Of a DNA stretch of 64,000 nucleotides, positions 10,028-19,006 are shown in pieces. The notes below the pieces were generated by a model. The model did not search any database, was not told the DNA's origin, and worked only from the letters and a program-made list of their open reading frames with translations. Position numbers and translations under genes: made by a program. The stretch lies in the sequence record SRR31156797_4828. One strand, written 5' to 3'. Position 1 is the first letter of the stretch, and each line of letters begins with the position of its first letter.

Positions 10028-10938
10028 TCATTTCCTTTGAGTAATTTTTTGATTTGCTGCATTTCACGACGGATTTGTTTCGCTTCGCCGCCGCCATGCC
10101 CTTTATTTAAGTAAATACGCAATTCTTTCGGTCCAGGAATCTTTTTATAGGAAACGAAGAAATCTTCCATGGGACAGATTGGATCAGCACTGCCGACCGA
10201 TGTATAAACAGGACCAGTTATCTGATGAGCAAAATACTTCAAATCAAAATAACTCATGACTTGATAGATCGTTTCCCGCATTTCTGGAAATTGTTCGATA
10301 TACTCTTGAATCACATGGTAACTTCCTGTTTTTTGTTCGATCCGATGGACAAGATTGGAGTGGCTTGGCACATCGGCAAACGTCGCAAAAATTGGGACGT
10401 TCGTTAATGCGTTGACCAATAAGGCGATGCCGCCGCCTTGTGAGCCGCCTCTTAAAATAATGCGCTGCGGATCGATTTCCGGTATCTGTTGAATGACTTC
10501 TAGTGTGCGCAAACTATCTGCGACCAATCGCTTCATATAAAAATCTTCTTTTTTCAAGATGCCGCGTCCAAAAGGTGCTTCATGCTGCGTGGTTTCATAG
10601 GGAACCTGATCTTGCGTGCGTCCCCCTTGTCCGCGATTGTCGATGACAAGACAGCCGCAGCCGATCAGTAACCAATGAGCGAATTGGAACGGTTCTTGCA
10701 CATGATTCATATAGCCTAAAAAATCAATCACGATTGGACAATCTGCCGCTTGTTCTGGCAGCAGCAGATGCCCATAGATCGTTTCATTACCAAGACTTTG
10801 AAAAGAAATCGTAAAACAATCGATCCCTTTTAGCAAAGGCGTTTGTTTGGTTCTTTCAAAGGCTAGCGGAAGGGCGTCAAGTTCTTGTTGGACCGAAGCC
10901 CAAAAGCAGGATCGATCAATTGCGGTCGATTCAGTCAT
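10024..10938 (-). CDS. CE7-like acetylxylan esterase / cephalosporin-C deacetylase
   Basis: RGQ motif, GGSQGG nucleophile elbow, DPICP and a C-terminal GHG. Confidence 0.85.
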   Translation of the reverse strand: MTESTAIDRSCFWASVQQELDALPLAFERTKQTPLLKGIDCFTISFQSLGNETIYGHLLLPEQAADCPIVIDFLGYMNHVQEPFQFAHWLLIGCGCLVIDNRGQGGRTQDQVPYETTQHEAPFGRGILKKEDFYMKRLVADSLRTLEVIQQIPEIDPQRIILRGGSQGGGIALLVNALTNVPIFATFADVPSHSNLVHRIEQKTGSYHVIQEYIEQFPEMRETIYQVMSYFDLKYFAHQITGPVYTSVGSADPICPMEDFFVSYKKIPGPKELRIYLNKGHGGGEAKQIRREMQQIKKLLKGNE

Positions 10939-11533
10939 TTGTCTCTTCCCCCTTCGCTAATACTTTATTGAAAAACAACACCTGTACAAAGGCTGATCCT
11001 GAAATGCCTAAACAAACAAATAAGAATAGGTTTACTTTGCTGCACAATACAAAAACAATGATTGGGATCACCAGTAAAATGATCGCATTCGCCGTACTGC
11101 TAAGAACCGCATATGCCGTTTCTTTCGCTGTTTCTTGCAATGATTGCGCAAACAAACTGTACAAGAGAACGAACACGACGAGATACAGCGCAGCCAAGCT
11201 GACGAGGATCACGGCTAAAACGCCAAAGTAAGGTGTAAGCATCATCAAGGAATAGATCAAACCGGCAAAGACTGCGACATACGCAATAACAAGACCTTCT
11301 AAGAAGAGACCACGTTTGAGGTTGCTTAAGAATGCTTGCTTGTATCGTTGCCAAATCGGGACATCTCGTTCCTTGTACAATTGATCGATCGTCCGATACA
11401 GCGCGATCAATGCTGGCCCTGCGAGAATCAGCGTCATTGCTGGAATCATAAAGAGAAAACTAACAATGATCATATCTGCTAGAAAAGCAAAGACCCGATA
11501 GTACCATCCTTCATAAGAAAATAGTCGATTCAT
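10931..11533 (-). CDS. YesL/DUF624-family membrane protein
   Basis: Multi-TM; GPALIALY and F..N(L)KRG pattern typical of DUF624 proteins in sugar ABC operons. Confidence 0.75.
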   Translation of the reverse strand: MNRLFSYEGWYYRVFAFLADMIIVSFLFMIPAMTLILAGPALIALYRTIDQLYKERDVPIWQRYKQAFLSNLKRGLFLEGLVIAYVAVFAGLIYSLMMLTPYFGVLAVILVSLAALYLVVFVLLYSLFAQSLQETAKETAYAVLSSTANAIILLVIPIIVFVLCSKVNLFLFVCLGISGSAFVQVLFFNKVLAKGEETND

Positions 11534-11640
11534 TATGATCCTCCAATCAAAACTTGCTGATTTGTGCTGCGGGTGCTGCGTAAACCTGTTTCTTGCCTTC
11601 TTGTGATTTTGGGTCGTTTCTCAACGTACGGTTTTCTTGT

Positions 11641-11864
11641 TTGCAGGTCTCACTGCGTGAGCCAGTCGCAGTGATTCTTTGTACGGACACTACGCTCCCT
11701 GCAGTCGCCTAGTACTTTTCATCATCTGCTCGTCTCCGCTTTCGCTTCGCCTACAGTTGCACTAAGTAAAACACACTAAGTGCAGCTTGCATGTCTCACT
11801 ACGTGAGCCAATCGCAGTGATTCTTTGTATGGACACTACGCTCCCTGCGGTCGCCTAGTACTTT
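11641..11864. repeat. Two 78-bp direct repeats (11641-11718 and 11787-11864) inside a structured intergenic element
   Basis: The copies differ at 5 positions; period 146 bp; flanked by hairpins. Confidence 0.85.
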
Positions 11865-11913
11865 GAAACATCAGATTTTGCGCAAAGTGCGCGCAAAACC
11901 TGTGTTTCAAAGC

Positions 11914-11958
11914 AAAGGAGAGGAAAGGTCTTTTTTTTGGCTTCCTTTCCTCTCCTAT
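11914..11958 (-). terminator. Hairpin terminator/stabiliser after the solute-binding protein gene
   Basis: GGAGAGGAAAGG...CCTTTCCTCTCC inverted repeat directly after the stop at 11964. Confidence 0.6.
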
Positions 11959-11963
11959 GGGGG

Positions 11964-13565
11964 TTATTCTAGTCGTTCGCGGTTTTCGGCCATTTTTTCA
12001 GTTTTAATGTCTTTGATTGCGTCCCAGTTGTTTGAATCTAAGAAGCTTTCAAAGTCGGTTAGTGTGCTGTCAAATGTTCCTTCATCTTTTGAACGAATCA
12101 ATGAGATGATCGTACTGTTGATTTTGGTTTTGATTGCTGTGTTTGAACGTGCTTCAGCAGTTCCGGCATCTGGATCCGTATTTTCGATCACAAAGTGTGG
12201 ATACAATTTGCCTTCGCCCCATTCTTGCATTTGGGTCAACGCATTTTCGGTTTTGACTTTCAGTGCATTGACACGGTCGTTGTTAAAGTAGTTGAAACGG
12301 CTGATACCATATTTTTTGTTGTAGCCTTCGTTGTCGGTTTGTTCCATTTCTTTGATTTCTGGCAAGTAATCGATTTTGCCTTCATCGTTGTATTCATACG
12401 TCACGCCTTCAACACCGAATTTTGTCAAAATTTGTCCTGGTTCATCGATCAAGTACGTGAAGAGTTGGGTTACTTTTGCTGGATCCGCCGCATCTTTTGT
12501 GATGTAGTTGATCAACCAGCCAGAGATTCCTGTTTGGTTCAAGGTTGCTTCACGACCAGAAGTGCTGGCAGGTCCGTCGATTGCGATGTACCGCGTGTCA
12601 GAGTTTTTCATGAATTCAGTGAAGTTCCCACCTTGTCCGCTCGTCCCTGCGACTAAGATCGTTGCATAGTCCCCTTGTTTTACTTTTTCATCATAGGTTG
12701 GACCGTCATCGGTAAAGCTGTCATCACTGATGTTGCCGTCACGATACACTTGATTAAAGGTTTTCAACCATGAGATATATTCTTCATCTAAGTTACGATC
12801 GTAGAAAGCACCATCTTCATCTTCTAACGGAACACCTAAGAAGTCTTGCAATTTATCTAAGAATGGTCCTGCTGTTTCGCCGATCGTTGTGAAGCCCATT
12901 GGTGTCAAATCAGGGAATTTCTCGCTGATTTCTTTCATGACTTTCACATAGTTTTCTGGAGTCGAAACATCTGGTTTGCCCAATGCTTCATAGACATCTT
13001 CACGGATCACAAAGTTATCGTTGACGGGAATATTGCCGCTTTCGTAGTCCGCTGCTGTGTTGGAATAGTTTGGATAGCCATAAGTTTTGCCATCATCTAA
13101 AGCAAACCATTTGAAGGTATCTTCGGTCACGACATTCATCAAATACGGATCGTATTGTTCCGCTAAATCGTTTAATGAGTATGCCCAGCTATCAGCTTTT
13201 GTGGCTGCTTGACTGGTTTTATCCATCAACGTCACGATATCAGGCATATCACCACTTGAAATCAAAGCATTTAATTTCGAATCATCACCTGAAATAAATT
13301 CAATATCAATGTTCAAATCTTTTTTGATTTGGGCTGTCGTCACATCTTCACCAAATGGCAAAGCTGTCCAGTCTGAATTGATGTACCATGTGATCTTGGT
13401 TGGTTCTTCTTTGGTATCGAGTTTCCATGCTGGTGTCTTTTCATCTAACTCATACCGATCTTTGATAGAAAAATCCGAACTGCTGGCATTGTCTGAGCTG
13501 CCGCCACATGCTGCTAAGCTAAGTAATGCTGATGCTGCCAATAAACCGCCTACTACTTTTTTCAT
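11964..13565 (-). CDS. Carbohydrate ABC transporter solute-binding lipoprotein (LplA-like; probable sophoro-oligosaccharide binder)
   Basis: Lipobox LAAC; 533 aa; family-1 solute-binding protein features; operon context. Confidence 0.9.
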   Translation of the reverse strand: MKKVVGGLLAASALLSLAACGGSSDNASSSDFSIKDRYELDEKTPAWKLDTKEEPTKITWYINSDWTALPFGEDVTTAQIKKDLNIDIEFISGDDSKLNALISSGDMPDIVTLMDKTSQAATKADSWAYSLNDLAEQYDPYLMNVVTEDTFKWFALDDGKTYGYPNYSNTAADYESGNIPVNDNFVIREDVYEALGKPDVSTPENYVKVMKEISEKFPDLTPMGFTTIGETAGPFLDKLQDFLGVPLEDEDGAFYDRNLDEEYISWLKTFNQVYRDGNISDDSFTDDGPTYDEKVKQGDYATILVAGTSGQGGNFTEFMKNSDTRYIAIDGPASTSGREATLNQTGISGWLINYITKDAADPAKVTQLFTYLIDEPGQILTKFGVEGVTYEYNDEGKIDYLPEIKEMEQTDNEGYNKKYGISRFNYFNNDRVNALKVKTENALTQMQEWGEGKLYPHFVIENTDPDAGTAEARSNTAIKTKINSTIISLIRSKDEGTFDSTLTDFESFLDSNNWDAIKDIKTEKMAENRERLE

Positions 13566-13579
13566 GTCTATCCCTCTTT

Positions 13580-14461
13580 CTATTCTTTTACTGCACCGGC
13601 CATCATACCGCCGATAAAGTGTTTTTGAAGCAATGGATATATAATTAAAATTGGCACTGTCGTGATGACGATCGTAGCCAACTGAACCCCACGGGTCGTT
13701 GCTTGGACGATAAAGTCGGTACTACCGCTTTCAGTCATCGTACTCAAGTTGGATTGGACGATGATTTCATAAATCTTCATTTGCAGCGGATAAAGATACT
13801 CTTTTGTGATATACAGTTTTGTTGTCATAAAATCGTTCCATTGGCCAACCCCGTTGAACAAGATGATGGTTGCCAATGCCGGTTTCGTTAATGGTAAGAA
13901 GATTTTATAAAAGATTTGGAATTCACTTGCACCGTCGATCTTCGCCGATTCTTCGAGTGAAGGCGGAATCTCACGGAAAAAGTTCATTAAAATCACGACA
14001 TCATAATAGCTGAACAAAGCTGGAATAATGTAGACCCAGAAAGAATCCAGTAATCCTAGCGAGCGAATCAGCAAGTACGTTGGAATCATCCCACCACTGA
14101 AGTACATGGTGATGACCCCCATCGTTGTATAAATGTTGCGGCCAACCAAGCGTGATTTACTCAATCCGTAAGCCACGATCGCACAAAACAAGGTATGGGT
14201 TGCAGCCCCAAGAACCGTTTTTAACACTGAGATCAAGAAGGCACGGGGGATACTTGCGTCGGAAAAAACTTTCCGATAGTTTTCCCAGGTAAAGCCTTTG
14301 GGCCATAACACGAGGCCGTTGCCCGCTAATCCAGAACTAGAAGACACGGAGGAAACCAAGATATTCCAAATCGGTACAATGATCATTAACGAGAATAAAA
14401 TCAAGATCACGGTATTGAAGAAGTAAAACCACGTGTTTTCTTTTGCTTTTCTTTTGATCAT
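13580..14461 (-). CDS. Carbohydrate ABC transporter permease (LplC-like)
   Basis: EESAKIDGAS EAA loop; multiple TM segments. Confidence 0.93.
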   Translation of the reverse strand: MIKRKAKENTWFYFFNTVILILFSLMIIVPIWNILVSSVSSSSGLAGNGLVLWPKGFTWENYRKVFSDASIPRAFLISVLKTVLGAATHTLFCAIVAYGLSKSRLVGRNIYTTMGVITMYFSGGMIPTYLLIRSLGLLDSFWVYIIPALFSYYDVVILMNFFREIPPSLEESAKIDGASEFQIFYKIFLPLTKPALATIILFNGVGQWNDFMTTKLYITKEYLYPLQMKIYEIIVQSNLSTMTESGSTDFIVQATTRGVQLATIVITTVPILIIYPLLQKHFIGGMMAGAVKE

Positions 14462-14472
14462 GTTTTTTCCTC

Positions 14473-15384
14473 CTATAAGATAACTGAATTGCCGTTGTTC
14501 AACTTGCGGGTCACTCGATCCGTGATCACCAATAAGATGACGGAAATGACCGCGATCCCCAAGCCGACAGCAGTTGCATAAGAGAAATCACCTTGCGTCA
14601 ACCCCATTTTATAAACAAAGGAGTTGATAACTTCTGAACGGTTTTGGTTCTGTGAATTCATCAAAACTAATGTTTGATCTAGGTTTGACCCTAAGATACC
14701 GCTCACATTCAGAATCAAGTTTAAGGAGATGATCGGTGTCAGTAATGGCAATGTGATCGAACGAATCTGTCTTAGCTTGCTGGCACCATCGATTCGTGCG
14801 GCTTCATAAAACGTTGGATCGATCCGCGACATACCTGCCAAGTAAAGAATCGTTCCCCAGCCGACTTCTTTCCATAGATCCGAAAGGACCGCGATCCACC
14901 AATATTTGCTTGGATCCAATAGATGATTGACCCCTTTGTCCATCAATCCTACGGACATCAACACTTGGTTGATAAAGCCGTTCGTTGACAGCCAAGAGAT
15001 CATCATCCCACCTAGCACGATCCATGAGAAAAAATGGGGAATGTATGAAACCGTTTGAATAAATTTCTTCAAGCGGCCATCTTGCATTTCAAAAATCATA
15101 ATGGCTAACACAATCGGGATCGCAAAACCTAATCCTAATTTCAATAAGCTGATGGCTAACGTATTTCTAACTGCTTCCCAGAAAAAACTGTCATTCATAA
15201 TGATACGGAAATTCTCTAACCCAACCCATGGTGCTGATGAAATCGTGTCAATCACCGTATAGTTTTTGAAAGCGATCATAATTCCGTAGATCGGAATATA
15301 ATTAAATACGATCATAAATGCCACGCCGGGAAAAACCATCCAGTGAAGCTGCCGTTGACTATAAAACTTTTGCAGTTTACTCAT
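14473..15384 (-). CDS. Carbohydrate ABC transporter permease (LplB-like)
   Basis: YEAARIDGAS EAA loop, PWVGLENF; AAGGAG RBS before ATG at 15384. Confidence 0.93.
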   Translation of the reverse strand: MSKLQKFYSQRQLHWMVFPGVAFMIVFNYIPIYGIMIAFKNYTVIDTISSAPWVGLENFRIIMNDSFFWEAVRNTLAISLLKLGLGFAIPIVLAIMIFEMQDGRLKKFIQTVSYIPHFFSWIVLGGMMISWLSTNGFINQVLMSVGLMDKGVNHLLDPSKYWWIAVLSDLWKEVGWGTILYLAGMSRIDPTFYEAARIDGASKLRQIRSITLPLLTPIISLNLILNVSGILGSNLDQTLVLMNSQNQNRSEVINSFVYKMGLTQGDFSYATAVGLGIAVISVILLVITDRVTRKLNNGNSVIL

Positions 15385-15434
15385 ACACAAAATCTCCTTC
15401 TTTCTATCCTCGCAACACTACGTATATCTCCACA

Positions 15435-15452
15435 TTTTGGTGAAACGTTTCT
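15435..15452. promoter_or_regulatory. LacI-type operator O1 (core GAAACGTTTC)
   Basis: Palindromic core with central CG, just downstream of the predicted -10. Confidence 0.75.
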
Positions 15453-15460
15453 ACAAAAAG

Positions 15461-15489
15461 ATTATATCCGCTGCCATTCGAAAATGCAA
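15461..15489 (-). promoter_or_regulatory. SigA promoter of the beta-glucan operon
   Basis: TTGCAT (15489-15484), 17-bp spacer, TATAAT (15466-15461). Confidence 0.7.
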
Positions 15490-15678
15490 GCCTTTCCAAT
15501 TATTTTTTTCAGGTTTTCTTTTTTCACAAATTTCGTTGAGTTCCTCACAAACACAAAAGCTATTATATCAACATTTTCATAAGAAATCATTTTTCCAAAC
15601 ACTTCCGTTTAATCAAATTTCACAAATAATGTATTTTTTCAACATCTATTGATTCTCAGAAATTATTAAAAAATAAAA

Positions 15679-15696
15679 AGAAACGTTTCACCAAAA
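15679..15696. promoter_or_regulatory. LacI-type operator O2 (exact 18-bp inverted copy of O1)
   Basis: AGAAACGTTTCACCAAAA is the reverse complement of 15435-15452. Confidence 0.7.
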
Positions 15697-15700
15697 GCAC

Positions 15701-15732
15701 AAAAAAGCAGCAATCATCGCTGATTGCTGCTT
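15701..15732 (-). terminator. ruvB terminator
   Basis: AAGCAGCAATCA-tcgc-TGATTGCTGCTT hairpin with a U-tract on the minus strand. Confidence 0.8.
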
Positions 15733-15736
15733 CCTT

Positions 15737-16738
15737 CTATTCACTTCTTTGGGGATAGCCAAAATGGTCATAGGCTAACGGTGTTGCGATCCGCCCACGC
15801 GAGGTGCGTTTCAAAAATCCTTTTTGGATCAAAAACGGTTCGTACATATCTTCCACTGTTTCGGTTTCTTCCCCGATATTGACAGCGATCGTACTTAATC
15901 CCACCGGGCCGCCTTGATACAATTCGATCATCGTGCGGATCAATTTCTGATCGATATAATCCAAGCCAGCATGATCGACTGCCAAAAGCGCCAATGCCTG
16001 GTCAGCAACGGTTCGATCGATCAATCCATCTGCTTGCACTTGCGCATAATCGCGAACTCGTTTAAGCAAACGGTTAGCGATCCGTGGAGTGCCTCGAGAT
16101 CGGCGGGCGATTTCGATCGCCCCTTCTTCCACGATATCCGTTTCAAAGATCGACGCAGTCCGCTGCACGATCTCTTTTAAATCATGGTCTTCATAATATT
16201 GCATATGAGAAATGATTCCGAAGCGATCCCGTAGTGGCGCCGAGAGCATCCCCGCCCGTGTCGTTGCGCCGACTAAGGTAAATGGCGGGAGCGGAAAATG
16301 AACTGGGTGAGCCGTTGTCCCTTGCCCCACCATGATATCCACATAAAAATCTTCCATTGCCGAATAAAGCATTTCTTCGGCGACACGAGGCAAGCGATGG
16401 ATCTCATCGATAAACAGAACATCCCCTGGCTGCAGCTCATTCAAGATCGCAATCAAATCCCCTGGTTTTTCGATTGCAGGACCGCTGGTCGTCTTGATTT
16501 GGACCTGCATCTCGTTGGCGATCACCATTGCCATCGTCGTTTTCCCTAAGCCTGGCGGACCATATAAGAGGACATGATCCAACGCTTCTTCTCGATTTTT
16601 CGCCGCTTGGATATAAATCGAAAGCTCCTGCTTGACTTTGTCTTGTCCGATATATTGGGCAAGGGTTTGCGGACGCAAGGATTTTTCGATGATCTCTTCT
16701 TGTTCAGTACTTTCTGGCGAAACAATTCGTTCATCCAT
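15737..16738 (-). CDS. ruvB: Holliday junction branch-migration helicase RuvB
   Basis: [32 protein letters not shown]. Confidence 0.98.
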   Translation of the reverse strand: MDERIVSPESTEQEEIIEKSLRPQTLAQYIGQDKVKQELSIYIQAAKNREEALDHVLLYGPPGLGKTTMAMVIANEMQVQIKTTSGPAIEKPGDLIAILNELQPGDVLFIDEIHRLPRVAEEMLYSAMEDFYVDIMVGQGTTAHPVHFPLPPFTLVGATTRAGMLSAPLRDRFGIISHMQYYEDHDLKEIVQRTASIFETDIVEEGAIEIARRSRGTPRIANRLLKRVRDYAQVQADGLIDRTVADQALALLAVDHAGLDYIDQKLIRTMIELYQGGPVGLSTIAVNIGEETETVEDMYEPFLIQKGFLKRTSRGRIATPLAYDHFGYPQRSE

Positions 16739-16752
16739 CGTCTACTTGCTCC

Positions 16753-17343
16753 TTACTTTTTCATCATCAATCGGAGAGCTTCCCGCAAGTACTCATCCGT
16801 CGATTTTGTCGTATTCGCCGCTAATTGTTTTTCGGCTTTCTTGACTTCTTTTTCGCTATAACCCAATGCTTTCAAGGCTTCCATCGCTTCATCTAAAGCA
16901 GTCGTTGCCACGCTTAGAGGAACGATCGCTTCTTCTCCAACCAGTTCAGCCACTTTGCCTTTCAAGTCTAGGATCATTTGCTGCGCCGTCTTTTTACCGA
17001 CACCTGGGAACTTCGTTAAATAGTTGACGTCCCCATTTTCGACTGCTGTGATCAACCCTGTATGGTCTTCATTGGCCATGATTGCTAACGCACTCTTTGG
17101 TCCAATGCCTGAGACACTGATCAATTTTAAAAACAACTGCTTGCCTTCGATCGTGGCAAAGCCGTAGAGACTATGAGCATCTTCACGAATCACTTGGTGC
17201 AGATAGATTTTTACTTCTTGGTTCAACTTGCCGCTAAATGAATACGGATTGCCAAAAGCGATCTGATAGCCGATGCCATGGGTCTCAACGACGATATACG
17301 CCGGAAAGATATCCGTTACTTTTCCTATGATATATTCGTACAT
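16753..17343 (-). CDS. ruvA: Holliday junction DNA-binding protein RuvA
   Basis: [10 protein letters not shown] and PGVGKKTA HhH motifs; directly upstream of ruvB. Confidence 0.97.
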   Translation of the reverse strand: MYEYIIGKVTDIFPAYIVVETHGIGYQIAFGNPYSFSGKLNQEVKIYLHQVIREDAHSLYGFATIEGKQLFLKLISVSGIGPKSALAIMANEDHTGLITAVENGDVNYLTKFPGVGKKTAQQMILDLKGKVAELVGEEAIVPLSVATTALDEAMEALKALGYSEKEVKKAEKQLAANTTKSTDEYLREALRLMMKK

Positions 17344-17356
17344 GTGCTTTCCTTTC

Positions 17357-17370
17357 TGTACATATGTTCC
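17357..17370 (-). promoter_or_regulatory. Probable LexA (Cheo/SOS) box upstream of ruvA
   Basis: GGAAC-ATAT-GTACA versus consensus CGAAC-N4-GTTCG, next to an extended -10 TGcTACAAT. Confidence 0.6.
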
Positions 17371-17524
17371 CTTTATTGTAGCACAGACGAGAGGGCAAAA
17401 AAAGGACTGTGAACGAAGGAAAAGGCTTAGCAGGAAACAAACGGCGGAAAAACCGTTGTTTCAGTCGCATTTTTTCAAACGAGACATGCTGCTGCGTCTT
17501 TTTTTCGCACACAGTTCCTAATAC

Positions 17525-17956
17525 TTACTCAACGAGTGATTTGAATTCGCCATAGCCTTTTTCATCCATTTCTGCTAAAGGGATGAACTTCAATGCTGCC
17601 GAGTTGATACAATAGCGCAAACCGCCTTTGTCCTGAGGACCGTCTGAAAAAACATGTCCTAAATGAGAGTCAGCTTCTTTGCTGCGGACTTCTACCCGAT
17701 GCATGCCGTGAGAAAAATCAGCTTTTTCTTGAATATCTTGGCGACTGATCGGTTTCGAAAAGGACGGCCAGCCACAACCTGCGTCATATTTATCAGTAGA
17801 AGCAAACAATGGTTCGCCGTTGACGATATCAACATAGATCCCTTTTTCATAAAAATCATCATACTCGCCAGTAAAGGGGCGTTCGGTTGCATTTTCTTGG
17901 GTCACCGCATATTCGATTGGCGACAATTTTTCTTTTAATTCTTTTTTATCTGTCAT
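17525..17956 (-). CDS. msrB: Peptide methionine sulfoxide reductase MsrB
   Basis: GCGWPSF, HLGHVF and RYCINSAAL motifs. Confidence 0.97.
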   Translation of the reverse strand: MTDKKELKEKLSPIEYAVTQENATERPFTGEYDDFYEKGIYVDIVNGEPLFASTDKYDAGCGWPSFSKPISRQDIQEKADFSHGMHRVEVRSKEADSHLGHVFSDGPQDKGGLRYCINSAALKFIPLAEMDEKGYGEFKSLVE

Positions 17957-18044
17957 TTTTTCACCTGCTTTTCCTCTAGACTCATCCTGTATGCTCTATC
18001 ATGCCTTTTTTCTTAGCGAATGTAAAATGACTTGCTCAAATTGT

Positions 18045-18443
18045 TTAAGGGTTTTGCAGCTTTTGCCAACGAGTCGTTGGTTCCGCAAAATGGTAAAAAT
18101 GCGGTTGGTCTTTTGTATAGATTTCTTCGGTTAAGACAGCTTCTGGCATGTTGCCAAACAACCCAGCCGCAAAAAAATAGGTGTGTGCTTCTTTGAGGTA
18201 AAAGAACAGGCTCGAGCCGCATTGACTGCAAAATCCTCGCTGTGCCCACTCAGAAGAATCGTAACGTCGCAGCCACTTCGCTCCTTGAAGAGCTATCTGG
18301 TCCTCAGCGCATGGCGCAAGAGCAAACATCGGTCCGCCGTGAAATTTCTGGCAGAGACTACAATGACAAACCGTAATTTCTTTCGCAACTCCCGTCAAGT
18401 TGATCGTGACTTTGCCGCAAAGACAACTACCAGAAACATCCAT
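18045..18443 (-). CDS. GFA / CENP-V family Zn protein
   Basis: GSCLCG, CHCSLCQK and FCSQCGS cysteine pattern. Confidence 0.9.
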   Translation of the reverse strand: MDVSGSCLCGKVTINLTGVAKEITVCHCSLCQKFHGGPMFALAPCAEDQIALQGAKWLRRYDSSEWAQRGFCSQCGSSLFFYLKEAHTYFFAAGLFGNMPEAVLTEEIYTKDQPHFYHFAEPTTRWQKLQNP

Positions 18444-18445
18444 CC

Positions 18446-19006
18446 TTATTCCTCCTCCATAAACTCTTGCAACAACTGATAGACCGTAGTGACAGGAAAC
18501 CCTACGATCGTATAAAAATCGCCGTTTATCGATGAGACAAATACTTTGGCCGCCCCTTGGATCCCATAGGCGCCCGCTTTGTCTTGGTACTCATCTAAGG
18601 CAAGATATTGGTCGATCTCTTGATCGGTCAAGGAACGAAACACAACTTCCGCCGAAACCACTGCTTGGCGCTGTTGTTTGCCTTTTTGTAAAACGACGGC
18701 GGTATGCACCCAATGGGTCCGTCCGTTCATTTTTCGTAACATCGACCGAGCATCTTTACGGTCGACTGGCTTTCCTAAGATTTCTTCATCCACCACGACC
18801 GTCGTATCGCTCGCGATCACCAGATCTTCAGGATATGTTTGCGCAATAGCCGCCGCTTTTTCTACTGCCATTCGCTGGACATAAGGGATCGCCGCTTCGT
18901 TTGGTCGGACCGACTCGTCGATATCCGCTGGTATGACCGCAAATTCTGGGACTAATTCTGCTAATAATTCTTTGCGCCGCGGCGACTGTGAAGCCAAAAT
19001 AATCAT
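18446..19006 (-). CDS. maf: Maf-family nucleotide pyrophosphatase
   Basis: IILASQSPRR, SDT, LGKP, DKAGAYGIQG. The real start is ATG 19006, overlapping the mutL stop. Confidence 0.93.
   Translation of the reverse strand: MIILASQSPRRKELLAELVPEFAVIPADIDESVRPNEAAIPYVQRMAVEKAAAIAQTYPEDLVIASDTTVVVDEEILGKPVDRKDARSMLRKMNGRTHWVHTAVVLQKGKQQRQAVVSAEVVFRSLTDQEIDQYLALDEYQDKAGAYGIQGAAKVFVSSINGDFYTIVGFPVTTVYQLLQEFMEEE

Noticed and set aside
11641-11864. Possible CRISPR array
   Set aside because: Only two units, each 78 bp (too long for CRISPR repeats), and no cas genes nearby.
11863-12291. 142-aa plus-strand ORF starting in the repeat element
   Set aside because: Mostly antisense to the SBP gene and crosses its terminator; no transposase features.
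15484-15498. cre site overlapping the -35 (ATGCAAGCCTTTCCA)
   Set aside because: Lacks the central CG of the CcpA consensus; too weak to call.
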